Positions 49,650-60,312 of a stretch of 64,000 nt of DNA are shown in pieces. Origin of the DNA: Cyanobacteria bacterium P01_A01_bin.123 (GTDB lineage Bacteria > Cyanobacteriota > Cyanobacteriia > Phormidesmidales > Phormidesmidaceae); contig JBCBZT010000008.1 in NCBI GenBank assembly GCA_039815185.1, forward strand, positions 96,001 to 160,000. Direction: 5' to 3'. Position 1 is the stretch's first letter. Every line of letters starts with the position of its first letter. Under the pieces are notes generated by a model that did not search any database, was not told the DNA's origin, and worked only from the letters and a program-made list of their open reading frames with translations. The position numbers and the translations under genes are program-made.

Positions 49650-49882
49650 ATCAGTTCTTTCTCTCCTTACAGGATTGGCCAGCGGTAGACGTTAGCTCAA
49701 ATTGCACGGGAGCGACCAAGCAGTTGAGCTCGTCCCTAGAGCATTGTCTGTCATTTCGACAACGAAGGCTATTAGCGCGATCGCTATGACCTTTGTCATA
49801 AAATCCAATGACCTATCGCTATAGGAAGGACGCGCATCGTCTCGTTACCTTAGAAAGATAAGCCTATTTACTGGATTAAGAG

Positions 49883-51070
49883 ATGCCTGTGACGACCTCA
49901 ATCGCAGCTGAAATCGAATCTCTGATTACGCCTTGGATTGCCCCGAAAGAGCAGATCAACCTAGTCATCGGCATCATCCATGGGGAAGATCGCTGGACAA
50001 AAGGCTGGGGTTCATCGAATCAGCCTGATTCCAACTGTGCAGAGATTGATCCGCCCAATGAGAACACCCTATTTGAGATCGGCTCCATTACAAAAGTCTT
50101 TACCAGCACTCTCCTTGCCCTGCTGGTAGAACAGGGCAAGTTAGCCCTTAACACCCCCATCAATCAACTGGAGCCAATCTACCAAAAGCTACCTGACGCC
50201 GTAACTTTGCAGCGTTTAGCCACCCACACTTCTGGTCTACCGCGACTGCCCCACAATTTGCACAAGTCTCACCGCCAAGACCCTCAGAATCCTTACGCGG
50301 CCTATACCTTTACAGATTTAAACGAATATCTGCAAAGCCATGACGGCAAACCCGGTAAAACCGTTGGGAACATTAGCTACTCCAACTTAGCTGTGGGCAT
50401 CTTGGGCAATATTCTGGCAGAGCAGTTGGGTCAGACTTACGAAGAAGCTTTGGTTCAGCATATTTGTAACCCCCTAGGGTTGCGAGACACACGCATTACC
50501 CTAAGCGATAAACAACACGTTCGATTTGCCATGGGGTATTCAGAAGACGGGAAACCCGTTAAACCTTGGGACTTACCCACCCTTGCGGGGGCAGGTGCCC
50601 TGCGCTCCACCGCCCACGATTTACTCACATTTCTAGCTGCCAATCTCCAACCCGAACACACCCCGATCGCCCATGCTCTGCTCAATACCCACGAATTGAG
50701 GTGTGAAACATTTGCACCCACCACAGGTCTACATGGGTTGATAGAGCAGGTAGCCCACTGGATTCGGCGATCGCGTGGCCCCCTATTAACCCATCAAGAA
50801 CAAGGCATTGCCCTGGGATGGTTTGTTGAATACCTTCCAGCCATCGAACGATACGTCTATACCCATACAGGTGGCACAGGGGGATACCGATCGTTTTGTG
50901 GATTCATCAAAGATACCCAAACTGGGGTCGTGGTGCTATCTAATTATGGCGATCTCGCATCCAGCATGTTTGGACGATATTCTGTGGGCAGCATCGGGCT
51001 CAAAATCTTAGAACTGTTGAATTCTTATCCCCAAAATAAATCCCAGCAATTGCAAGAACTCAGTTTCTAA
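49883..51070 (+). CDS. Serine hydrolase (class C beta-lactamase/esterase fold)
   Basis: FEIGSITK (SxxK), YSN and HTGGTGG. No evident signal peptide. Confidence 0.88.
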   Translation: MPVTTSIAAEIESLITPWIAPKEQINLVIGIIHGEDRWTKGWGSSNQPDSNCAEIDPPNENTLFEIGSITKVFTSTLLALLVEQGKLALNTPINQLEPIYQKLPDAVTLQRLATHTSGLPRLPHNLHKSHRQDPQNPYAAYTFTDLNEYLQSHDGKPGKTVGNISYSNLAVGILGNILAEQLGQTYEEALVQHICNPLGLRDTRITLSDKQHVRFAMGYSEDGKPVKPWDLPTLAGAGALRSTAHDLLTFLAANLQPEHTPIAHALLNTHELRCETFAPTTGLHGLIEQVAHWIRRSRGPLLTHQEQGIALGWFVEYLPAIERYVYTHTGGTGGYRSFCGFIKDTQTGVVVLSNYGDLASSMFGRYSVGSIGLKILELLNSYPQNKSQQLQELSF

Positions 51071-51103
51071 ACATTATTAATACGATTTCCGAATATACCT
51101 TGG

Positions 51104-51162
51104 CCACATCCAGGTTCCTTGTTCTCTGATGAGGTAAAACTCTAGATTTGAAATCGGACGTA
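51104..51162. repeat. Repeat family A copy (reverse orientation)
   Basis: CCACATCCAGG...TTTGAAATCGGACGTA. Confidence 0.6.
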
Positions 51163-51181
51163 ATTTATCTACTCATTAAAA

Positions 51182-51421
51182 ATGACAGAATCAAAATCAT
51201 ACACAATCAAAGCCACAGCTAAGAAAACAGGACTGCGGTTTGCAGGCGGTGCCGGAGCAGGACTGATTGCCTTTGCGCTCTTTGGTGGCATATGGCAAGT
51301 CAATCACTTTGGCTGGGTCATGACCATAACTGCTTTTTCTTTCGGTCTCTTAGCCGTCCTATTAGGTCAGAACTTCAAAAAGACGCTAACCGCTTTAATG
51401 GACAATGCTCCCTGGATTTAG
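51182..51421 (+). CDS. Small hypothetical membrane protein (2 TM)
   Basis: ATG ORF with two hydrophobic helices, co-oriented with its neighbours. Confidence 0.6.
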   Translation: MTESKSYTIKATAKKTGLRFAGGAGAGLIAFALFGGIWQVNHFGWVMTITAFSFGLLAVLLGQNFKKTLTALMDNAPWI

Positions 51422-51466
51422 TAAATCTATCCAATTTGAGGAATCGCTTACCAAGCGTAGTCGTTA

Positions 51467-51638
51467 GGCGTTGCTGAATAGCGGTACGATTTAGCCCCCC
51501 TAGTCCCCCAATTCTGGGAGGAATAAACCTTTCAAAGTCCCCCAGAATTGGGGGCTTAAAGCCCTCTGGGCATACATGAAGAGGGGGCAATACAGAGTAC
51601 ATCACTTTGGCAAATCCATCTCTCGGTTCAGCAACGCC
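51467..51638. mobile_element. MITE, 172 bp
   Basis: Perfect 12-bp TIRs GGCGTTGCTGAA / TTCAGCAACGCC enclosing a CCCCCAATTCTGGG...CCCCCAGAATTGGGGG hairpin. Confidence 0.75.
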
Positions 51639-51695
51639 GCCATTATTTCTCAAATCAGATGTTGCTTATTCAGCGAACCCAAATCATTCAACAAT

Positions 51696-53411
51696 ATGCA
51701 AATTAATCCTTGGTTCAACTCAGTGTTGGGCTTAACTTTGAGTCTAGGCATCGGCCTCAATACCCCGCTAATCGCCCCTGTCAATGCTCAAAACCAAACT
51801 GACAATTTTGCGGATGTTTCTGCCGATTACTGGGCCCATGATTACATTGAAGCACTCGTCGCCCTTGATATTCTTAACGGCTTTCCCGATGGTGCGTTTC
51901 GCCCCTACGAACCGCTAACCCGTGCCCAATTTGCGGCCATTTTGCAGCAGGCTTTCCTCGACTCAGAAACGTTTACTACAGCCTCATTTAACGATGTGCC
52001 ATCAAACTACTGGGCTACCGAGGCGATTAGTGCGGTCTATGCTGCCGATTTCCTAGTAGGCTATCCAGACAACAATTTCCGGCCAGAACAACCCATTTCA
52101 AGGGTAGAGGTGCTTGTCGCGCTAACCAACGGTTTGGACTACGCTGGGGGCGGCTCTGATGCGTTGTCCTATTACGATGATGCCAACACAATCCCAGACT
52201 ATGCCCGCCCCCATGTGGCAGCAGCAACTGAGGCCAACCTGGTGGTCAACTATCCGGTTTTGGCTCGACTCAACCCTAATCGCAATGCCACTCGTGCAGA
52301 GGTCGCCGCATTTATTTATCAGGCTTTGGTTCAGGAGGGTAACGCAGACGCATTGGCTGATACCCCCCATGTCGTTACGGAAACAGCCGCAGCTTGGCAG
52401 CCAGAACCCATTGCAACTCTTCCGCTCAGCGCCGAACAAATGGGTTTTAGCAGCTCGGGGCAGGAGTTAATCACACTCACGTCGGATAGAGATAAGCTGC
52501 AAGTCTGGAGCACACAAACGGGTGAACTACTGACAGAAATTATGGCCGACGAGGAGACTCGCTTTGAGGCGATCGCTATCAGTGCATCAGGCACACAGGT
52601 TGCGGCTATCGTGCAAACCTTAACGGCCAATGCCTTAGAACTGCGGCTCTGGAACCTTGAAACTGGCGAGCAACTTTGGCGGCAACCGCTGGGCACCGTC
52701 CAAAGCCAGTTTCGTCCTGAAGAAGCGTCCTTCCTTGACGCTCCCACTCAAATTGCCTTTCTCCCTAGCGATGAAGGGGTATTGACCCAGATTAGCTTAG
52801 GTTTTGGCCCTGCCGATGACCCAGCAGGCATTCAGCTGAGTATTCACGACACCTCAACCGGTGAAGTGTTACAAACTTTGGAGACAGCGCCTGAAGCCCC
52901 GCCTGTGAAACAGTTTGAGTTTAGCTCTGACGGTGAATTAGTGGCTGGTATCAGCTACACACCCTCAGGATTAGACTCCCGTTCGGATCAGCTTATTGAT
53001 ATATGGCAACTCAGCAATGGCGCACTTCTCCATCACATCAGGCCTGACGAAGATGATTTTTCGTTTATGGATATGGTGTTTACGCCAGATGGGGCACTCA
53101 AGGTATTTGCTCAGTACTTCTACGACATTCGTCTCGACACCTGGAACATGCGCTCAGGGGAGCGGATGGCCAGAATCACGACATTACCGGACATTGATCG
53201 CACCGATGGAATCAGCCGCCTTAGCCCAGATGGTGAATACTACTTCGTGCGGAGTGACGTAGCCGGCACTCGCCTCATCAACACCCAAACCCGAGTCGTC
53301 ACCTACCTCAACGTTTATGTCGATAGGGCAGCCATCTTTAACGCAACGGGAAACTATTTAGCCGTCACAAGTCGAGACGAGGTTCAAATCTTCTCTCAAG
53401 TCGATCAATAA
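51696..53411 (+). CDS. S-layer homology (3x SLH) protein with C-terminal WD40-like beta-propeller
   Basis: Signal peptide, FADV...YWA, G.PDG.FRP...TRA SLH motifs, then FSSDG/FTPDG/LSPDG blades. ATG at 51696. Confidence 0.82.
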   Translation: MQINPWFNSVLGLTLSLGIGLNTPLIAPVNAQNQTDNFADVSADYWAHDYIEALVALDILNGFPDGAFRPYEPLTRAQFAAILQQAFLDSETFTTASFNDVPSNYWATEAISAVYAADFLVGYPDNNFRPEQPISRVEVLVALTNGLDYAGGGSDALSYYDDANTIPDYARPHVAAATEANLVVNYPVLARLNPNRNATRAEVAAFIYQALVQEGNADALADTPHVVTETAAAWQPEPIATLPLSAEQMGFSSSGQELITLTSDRDKLQVWSTQTGELLTEIMADEETRFEAIAISASGTQVAAIVQTLTANALELRLWNLETGEQLWRQPLGTVQSQFRPEEASFLDAPTQIAFLPSDEGVLTQISLGFGPADDPAGIQLSIHDTSTGEVLQTLETAPEAPPVKQFEFSSDGELVAGISYTPSGLDSRSDQLIDIWQLSNGALLHHIRPDEDDFSFMDMVFTPDGALKVFAQYFYDIRLDTWNMRSGERMARITTLPDIDRTDGISRLSPDGEYYFVRSDVAGTRLINTQTRVVTYLNVYVDRAAIFNATGNYLAVTSRDEVQIFSQVDQ

Positions 53412-53433
53412 ACACCGAGAAATTCAGTAGATA

Positions 53434-53847
53434 ATGCTAAGTTCTATCAATACACTTTGGATTCTAGCGCCAGCTTTTCTTATCATCACGGTTATCTTAT
53501 TGATTAATCGTCGCCGAATTAATCAAGATCCCCATATAGTGAAACGATCATTTCGCTTGTTGAAGCTTTATTTAATCTCAATCGGATCATTTACCGCGAT
53601 CGCTTGGCTAGTTGTATCCTCGTTTCCTGCAATACTCACCACCTTTGGTTATCCTGATACAGTTGAGAGCATTCAAACCACCGAACAGATTTTAGATTAT
53701 TTACAGCAGTATAATCGTGCTTTGACAACGACCATGAATGCTTTTAGTCTATTTCTCTTTGCATTTACAGTGTGGCTGCTCTCTTCAATCTATGAATTTG
53801 CTAAAACAATCACCCATGCGCTGATTGAAAAACAAAGTAGGCTTTAA
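53434..53847 (+). CDS. Hypothetical membrane protein (3 TM)
   Basis: Three hydrophobic segments, 22 bp after the SLH gene. Confidence 0.6.
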   Translation: MLSSINTLWILAPAFLIITVILLINRRRINQDPHIVKRSFRLLKLYLISIGSFTAIAWLVVSSFPAILTTFGYPDTVESIQTTEQILDYLQQYNRALTTTMNAFSLFLFAFTVWLLSSIYEFAKTITHALIEKQSRL

Positions 53848-53909
53848 GCTTTCGATCGCCTAACTTTTGTTAGTCTATTAGTTAAACTTACGCAGAAGGC
53901 ATGAATGCT

Positions 53910-56900
53910 TCATTCCTTGACGGGAGAGTGTCGAAAGAAATGGATTTCAGTTTCAGCAGCAGACAGAGGTTTTGAGAAGAAGTAGCCTTGGCCAAACTTA
54001 CAACCCAGCTGCTGTAGCTGTTGAAGCTGCTGAGAGGTCTCAATTCCTTCTGCGACAACAGTCAATCCGAGCTGCTCACTCAAAGTAATAATGGTTTTTA
54101 CAATCTGACAATTGCGGCTTTCAACTTGCATCTGGCTCACAAACGAGCGATCGATTTTTAGATGATGAGCAGGCAGTCGATGAAGATAGTTAAGAGACGA
54201 ATATCCTGTACCAAAGTCATCAATGCTGATTTGAATATTTCTTGAATTCAATTGATTCAGCAAGTCAATTGTTTGATGAATCTCCTCAATCAGCATACTT
54301 TCAGTGATTTCTAAAATGAGCGAGTCGCCGCTCAGTCCGGTATCAGCTAATATGTTATCAATATCCTCAATCAAGCTAGGTTTTCGAAGATCTTGAGCAG
54401 AAAGGTTAATACTGATTTTCAGAGAGGAACAGCAATCAGGAAACTGTTTCTTCCATCTAACCATTTGCTGACATGCTTGATAAAATACCCAACTGTCCAA
54501 AGGCACAATCAATCCAGTTTCTTCAGCGATGGGAATAAAATCACCTGGAGAGATAAACCCACGAGTCGGATGCTGCCAGCGAACTAGCGCTTCAAAACCA
54601 GTCAGCTGATTATTCAATAAATTAAAGGATGGTTGATAGTGTATGACAAATTCTTCTCTGTCAAGTGCCTTGCGCAAATCCGTTTCTATGGTAAGACGTT
54701 TTAATACTTGAGTATGCATCGATGCATCAAAAAATTTGTAGCAGCTATTCTTTTCCGTCTTAGCCTGATACATTGCAATGTCGGCATCGCGAAGCACGTC
54801 AGATGCTTGATGATAGTCTTTATTTCCAAAAACAATGCCGATGCTGAACCCAGTAAAAATTTCATGTTCACTAATCGTAAAAGCATTCTGACAATTTGCC
54901 AAAATGCGATCCACAATTACAATAATGTTCTCAATATTGCCAATATCCTCAAGTAGAATTACAAACTCATCCCCACCTAGTCGAGCAACTAAATCAGGTT
55001 TCCGCAAATGCACTTTTAGCTGTTGGGCGATCGCTATGAGGAGTTGATCCCCAATCAAGTGTCCCAAACTATCATTAATAACCTTAAAGCGATCTAAGTC
55101 TATAAATAAGATTGCATAATGGTAATGCTCAATTCGTTGAGTTCGATTGATTGCAAGTTCAAGGCGATTCATTAAAAGTGTTCGATTCGGCAAACCTGTT
55201 AGTGAATCATGCAAAGCGTCATGGATAATCTGGTCTTGAGCCTGCTTGAGTTCACTGATGTCACGACAAACAGCAATTAATAATCCATCCTCTGTGAGGG
55301 TAAGGGAAATCCCCTGCGGAAAGGTGGAACCATCTTTACGAGAAGCGATCGCCTCGCCTTGCCAAGAACGATGCTCATCTAGATATGGAAATACTTCCTG
55401 TTCAAACCGTGGGGGATACAACAGGTTCCAGCTCTTGCCCAATAGTTCCTCGGGGCGTTCATAACCAAATAGGCCTAAATAAGCTTTATTCACATAAAGG
55501 TAAGTGTCACCTTGTAGAATTGCAATACCGTCAATTGCTGCCTCGATTGCTGCCAGCTGCTGCTTGCTTGTTTGCTCAGCCTGCTTACGATCGGTGATAT
55601 CTTGATAGCTTCCTAAAATGCCAATGACTTCACCTTTAAGGTCATGGAGCGGAAGTTTGTTGGTTTCTAACCAAACCTGGCTACCATCTGCCTGTGTCTG
55701 TGGCTCAACAATCCCTATCTTAACGATATCAGTATCCATGACTTGTTGATCATCAGCATAAAACGCCTCAGCTTCGGTATTTGTCCAGGGCATTTCAAAG
55801 TCTGTTTTACCAATGATATCCATAACAGATGTACAGCCTGCATCGCGAAGAAAATTGCGATTGCAGCCCAAGTAAACTGAATCTCGATTCTTCCAAAATA
55901 TGGATAAAGGGAATGTATCTAGTACGGTTTGCAAAAATTGCTCTCGATTGTGGAGCTCAGCCGTGCGTTTTGTGACTTTCGCTTCCAGATCCTGATTGAG
56001 CTGCTCTAGCAAGATCAGCGTTCTTTGTCTCTCCAATTCAGCAGCAGCACGAGCAGCAAAGACTTGCAAGGTTTCTTCTGCTTGCTGTGGGTTTGAGATT
56101 GGCTGCTTGTTGAGAATACACAAATGACCAATTGCCCTACTTTGAGTGTCATATAAAGCAACACCCAGATAACTTTTTACTTCGTCAGCCAATTGCTTGG
56201 GAAATTGCTGCTGGTTAAAAGATTCGCAGTAAAGTCTTCCCTCTTGTAATACTTGTCCACAAGCTCTCTTAGCCGGGCAATAGGCAAAAGTGGGTCGTAA
56301 ACCATCTTGTGACCAGAATGCTAAGACCTGTAGCTCGTCATTAACTTGTTCAGTGACTAAAGCATGGGAGATATCTAAAGCTTTGGCAATGTGCTGAACT
56401 AATGTCGGGAAAAAGTCTTGACCCGTCGTTGCTGCAGTTGCTTCCACCAGGGTCTTCAATTGCCGTTCAGCTTGTTTACGCTCGGTAATATCCTCATGGG
56501 TACCAATAACTCGCAAGGGCTCCCCATTGGGCATCCACTCAAGCAACTTTCCACGAGAGAGAATCCATTTATAGTTACCATCTTTGCAACGAACACGATG
56601 TTCGCTCTGGTAAATGGGCATTTCGCCACTTAAATATTTCTCTATGCTCTGATAGTGTTGGGCTATATCGTCAGGATGTATAAGCTTTTCCCAATTCTTT
56701 AGCTGAACACCAACTTCATGCTCGGCATAACCCAACATGGCTTTCCATTGCCGGGAGTATACAACAGTATTGCTTTGAAGATTCAAGTCCCAAACGCCAT
56801 CCCCCGAACCCTCTAACGCAAATTGCCAGCGAGTTTGGCTTTCTCTCAGTGCCGCTTCAGTCTGTTTTCGCTCAGTAATATCTCGTACAATGACCAAGGC

Positions 56901-57728
56901 TTCGTCTGCGCTAATCGCACTGATCCGAACCTCTTCATAAAGCATGCGGCCATGTTTGTGGAATTGATGCTCATAAACTTGCAGTTCACCAGTAGAAATT
57001 GCTTGGTCAATTCTGTCAAGTTGCTGTTGCAGTATCTCTGGGGGCAATACTTCTGAGAGGTGCTTCTGGATCGTGAGGAATTCTCCTGCCTGATTTTTTG
57101 AACGAATGTTATCTAAACAAGTGCCATCTCGTGTGACTAGCAACAATAAATCTGGAATAGCTGCAAACATAGTGCGAATTTGAGCTTCACTGACGCGGAG
57201 TTCGGCAGTACGTTCTTCAACTTTTGCTTCTAATTCTTGATTAAGTTGTTGGAGTTGTCGCTCAGCTCGTTTACGTTCACTAATATCTCGCACTAGCAGG
57301 AGCACTTCATCTTTGTCGTAAGGGACAACTCGTACCTCCTCAACTTGCGCTCTGTTGTCCACAGAGAGGTCTTGCTCATAGACCTGTAAAGAGTTAGTTT
57401 GCAATGCCAAGTCAATAAACTCCAGACGTTTTTTAGCAATAGTGTCTGGCAAAGATTCAGAGATATGGGTTCCAACTAAGCTCGTTAGATTACCCACCAC
57501 GCAAAAGTTGGGATTGGTGACAAATTCTTGATAAATACCCGCCCGATTTACCCTCACCATTAAGTCAGGAATAGCGCTAAATAGCACGTGCGGATGAGCG
57601 TCACTTGCCTGTAGTACCTTTTCTGACCGATTTTGATTGCTTAAGTCAATATCCACTTCTTCGGGCTGCCAGTCATGGGTTTGCTGACTTCTGCTCTGAG
57701 GCATTAGATTAGGGTCTGAGTGGAGCAT
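53910..57728 (-). CDS. Multi-PAS/GAF diguanylate cyclase/phosphodiesterase (GGDEF-EAL)
   Basis: Repeated (R/E/Q)DI(S/T)(E/D)RK PAS linkers, GAF region, HDSLTGLPNR, RKPD-x5-GGDEF, FEALVRW and DDFGTGYSS. Confidence 0.94.
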   Translation of the reverse strand: MLHSDPNLMPQSRSQQTHDWQPEEVDIDLSNQNRSEKVLQASDAHPHVLFSAIPDLMVRVNRAGIYQEFVTNPNFCVVGNLTSLVGTHISESLPDTIAKKRLEFIDLALQTNSLQVYEQDLSVDNRAQVEEVRVVPYDKDEVLLLVRDISERKRAERQLQQLNQELEAKVEERTAELRVSEAQIRTMFAAIPDLLLLVTRDGTCLDNIRSKNQAGEFLTIQKHLSEVLPPEILQQQLDRIDQAISTGELQVYEHQFHKHGRMLYEEVRISAISADEALVIVRDITERKQTEAALRESQTRWQFALEGSGDGVWDLNLQSNTVVYSRQWKAMLGYAEHEVGVQLKNWEKLIHPDDIAQHYQSIEKYLSGEMPIYQSEHRVRCKDGNYKWILSRGKLLEWMPNGEPLRVIGTHEDITERKQAERQLKTLVEATAATTGQDFFPTLVQHIAKALDISHALVTEQVNDELQVLAFWSQDGLRPTFAYCPAKRACGQVLQEGRLYCESFNQQQFPKQLADEVKSYLGVALYDTQSRAIGHLCILNKQPISNPQQAEETLQVFAARAAAELERQRTLILLEQLNQDLEAKVTKRTAELHNREQFLQTVLDTFPLSIFWKNRDSVYLGCNRNFLRDAGCTSVMDIIGKTDFEMPWTNTEAEAFYADDQQVMDTDIVKIGIVEPQTQADGSQVWLETNKLPLHDLKGEVIGILGSYQDITDRKQAEQTSKQQLAAIEAAIDGIAILQGDTYLYVNKAYLGLFGYERPEELLGKSWNLLYPPRFEQEVFPYLDEHRSWQGEAIASRKDGSTFPQGISLTLTEDGLLIAVCRDISELKQAQDQIIHDALHDSLTGLPNRTLLMNRLELAINRTQRIEHYHYAILFIDLDRFKVINDSLGHLIGDQLLIAIAQQLKVHLRKPDLVARLGGDEFVILLEDIGNIENIIVIVDRILANCQNAFTISEHEIFTGFSIGIVFGNKDYHQASDVLRDADIAMYQAKTEKNSCYKFFDASMHTQVLKRLTIETDLRKALDREEFVIHYQPSFNLLNNQLTGFEALVRWQHPTRGFISPGDFIPIAEETGLIVPLDSWVFYQACQQMVRWKKQFPDCCSSLKISINLSAQDLRKPSLIEDIDNILADTGLSGDSLILEITESMLIEEIHQTIDLLNQLNSRNIQISIDDFGTGYSSLNYLHRLPAHHLKIDRSFVSQMQVESRNCQIVKTIITLSEQLGLTVVAEGIETSQQLQQLQQLGCKFGQGYFFSKPLSAAETEIHFFRHSPVKE

Positions 57729-57877
57729 AGCTTAAGAGCACGAAACTACATCAGTGTTGGGAAACGCTTGAACCCCTGCCATGTTTCTAAAGTACCCACA
57801 AACTTCACCAACCCAATAACCCCTCGAATTTTTATGCCTAAGCACGGCAGTTAGTTGAAATGTTGATTAGTTTGTTG

Positions 57878-58157
57878 TGCAGTCACTCTGAAGATTTCAT
57901 TGACAAAAGGGAGCTGTCCCATCACATCTCCTTTCTCAGCGCCATTGAGCTGTCCTCTTACGAATCATATTCACCGCCTCATATCCTTGGAGGGTACACC
58001 TGGCTGTAGGGCTATGGGGTTGCTAGACCCCGGCCGCTTTTATTAGACGAAATGCAGCCGATGCTGATGTCTTATGTTAGCTTTTTGGTTGGCTTGGGCA
58101 CACTGCAGGTGCAAGTGCAAATTTGTTTCTGTAGGCAAAGGCTCTACCCCGTAAGCA
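57878..58157 (-). pseudogene. Degraded IS6-family transposase C terminus
   Basis: Minus-strand frames read TARCTLQGYEAVNMIRK, then after a frameshift GQLNGAEKGDVMGQLPFVNEIFRVTA, matching cyanobacterial IS6 transposase C termini. Stops and frameshifts present. Confidence 0.75.
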
Positions 58158-59020
58158 CCTTACTTCAAAGCAATGTGTAATGAGTTTGAAGGAAACGGTC
58201 GTGTCGAGAGATAAGAATCTATTTATTGAGTTGCAGCATGACTCATACTTCTAGTAAATTCCACTGCTTTCTTTACTAGGTAACATCTCAATATAGTCAT
58301 GCCAATTGTCCATAACCATAGTGCTTGAACATCAAGATGTACAGAGATTTTTGTTGGGAATAGGTAGCTGGGCTCTATATCATTTCTCTCTAATCACTTA
58401 ACGGGAAGGATAAAATCTTGTTGGTTCTAGATGAATGCAATTTTCATCAACCTGCCCGAATATCATCCAACGCCTTTTAAGATTTCAGATATTCTTTGAC
58501 AAGGGTGGCAGAAGAGAGATTATTTGAAGAAAAGGTGCCTAGAGTTTAAATTTCTCTCGACGCAAAATAGAAAAACCGCCCAACAAATTAAATCTAACAT
58601 CACCTAAGGCCTTAAGCATAAAACTTAAGCATCAAGCCTAAGCAGCTAAAATCTTTCTAGTTCAATGACATCTACCAGTTTTTCGGCTGTGCCATATACT
58701 GCTATTTTCTAGCTTACGCTGATTGCCTTGATTCCCAGAGCGATACTCTCTAAATCTGAGTTCAATCTAAAATCTTCAGCAATCTAGAGACTGCGAAATA
58801 TCAGTAAGGCAAGGAAAGGCATTATTTTTCTTTGCCTATTTGGTTAAATCTGCAATAGGTATTAATCTCTTTCACGGGGCTTCCTTATCAGATATTTTTG
58901 GACTTCTGATAGAAACTAACATGCAAATTTTACCTTTTGCTTAGAGGCATTCTCAAAAACCTAGGCAGGATATCAATAGGGCCAGTCAATAAATTCTCCA
59001 GAAGGATCGCAATATGAGAT

Positions 59021-59503
59021 CTAGAAATTAGGGTCATGGTCGTAGTCAATACATTCGTTATTTTGCCAAACTCGACCACTATCCTCACAGCTTTGCTTAT
59101 CCCTCTTGAAAGGTATGCCTGTAGGGTATGTTACGTCAGGAGAATTTGTTAGAAAGTCAAGTGGAATATATCTCAGCTGAAATAACCCAATGGTCATCAA
59201 CATTCCTAAGATGATTAATCCCATAGTGAATAAAATATTAGCAGGCCTCCAAATCGGAGCATAGATTTGTCGGCGCTTAGACCGCCGATCAGGTCCAGCA
59301 ATTAGGACAAAATAAAATCGCTTCCATAGAACAGGAATCGTCAAGCGAATGTCAACTGGGTGTTGTCTCCAATGAGTAGATTGAAGTGCTCCTTGGAGTG
59401 CTTGTAATTGCTCTGTAGTGAAAGAGTTAGCGATATCTTCTGGTAAACGCCTGAGAAATCTTTCAAGCGCAGGATTTTTAACGAAAGAGGAAGAGTTGGA
59501 CAT
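59021..59503 (-). CDS. Hypothetical membrane protein with C-terminal Cys-pair motif
   Basis: SFTTEQL...H.VDIRLTIP...RFYFVL.AG.DRR N-domain, a TM helix, then SCEDSGRVWQNNECIDYDHDPNF. Confidence 0.7.
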   Translation of the reverse strand: MSNSSSFVKNPALERFLRRLPEDIANSFTTEQLQALQGALQSTHWRQHPVDIRLTIPVLWKRFYFVLIAGPDRRSKRRQIYAPIWRPANILFTMGLIILGMLMTIGLFQLRYIPLDFLTNSPDVTYPTGIPFKRDKQSCEDSGRVWQNNECIDYDHDPNF

Positions 59504-59974
59504 ATGTTTACTCAAAAACCTAGTTACTGAGTATCTTGGCGTTGGCGATACTGATATTGAGACTTAATTGATGCAAAAACACTAAACACTTCAGATACTT
59601 CAACTTGGTTGGTAGTATCTATTTGATACAATGGTATTTTCTAGGTCGATTTTTGATTTCTACATTGGATTAAATAGGGCTGAATTTAGGTATCTTACCT
59701 TTATAAAAAATTGGAATGAGAAAGTAAGTGAACCTACAGCTAAATCTGCTGAGAGATGCAGCGATACAAGTTAACCACCGCAAAGGTAGCAGGTTCCATG
59801 AAAATGTATTGTAGAAACGAGCACAAAGAATATGTTGCTTTGAAGGATTCATGAAAAGGAACGCTCTTTTCTGAAGAAAGATCTAAGATCAAGCTGCTAT
59901 AGCCTGATAGTTCCCAGACTAAGCTATCTAATAAACATGAGTAATATGTTTATTTTAGAGTTGATTTGAACTCT

Positions 59975-60312
59975 CTAAGCATCGAAACAACTGCACGACA
60001 AGCCCTTCGAGAATACGAACTGCGCTTTGGTATTGGAGAAAACTTCTTGAATGGCAAGCCCAATAGCTTTCAGTTGAAAGCGTCTAAGCTGCGCTCAGCT
60101 CCTATCGTATTGCACTTATATTTTTCTTGTCTGTGACGAGCCTGTATCTCACCTTGCAGGTTACTAAAGTAGTCAACCCGGGGCAAGTAGATCTTCACTA
60201 GTTTCAAGGCAACAGCTACTTCAGGTTAGGTTAGGTCTGGATCAAAGCGGTTGGTTCTAGGGAGTAGCAACTCTTTGTCCCGATTGGACTCATCACCCAG
60301 ATTGACCTAGGA
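59975..60312 (+). pseudogene. Degraded DDE (IS4-like) transposase C terminus
   Basis: Frames read ALREYELRFGIGENFLNGKPNSFQLKASKLRSAP and LYLTLQ...VDLH*FQGNSYFRLG*VWIKA, resembling the EYGLRFDIEENFLDDKS...VDPHWFRGNSY pattern of cyanobacterial transposases. Confidence 0.7.

Noticed and set aside
53857..53880. GCCTAAC...GTTAGTC resembling integron attC core sites
   Set aside because: The two sites are only about 4 nt apart, far too short for an attC fold.
58400..58480. KILLVLDECNFH peptide resembling an IS630 DDE motif
   Set aside because: Single short match with no supporting flanking motifs.
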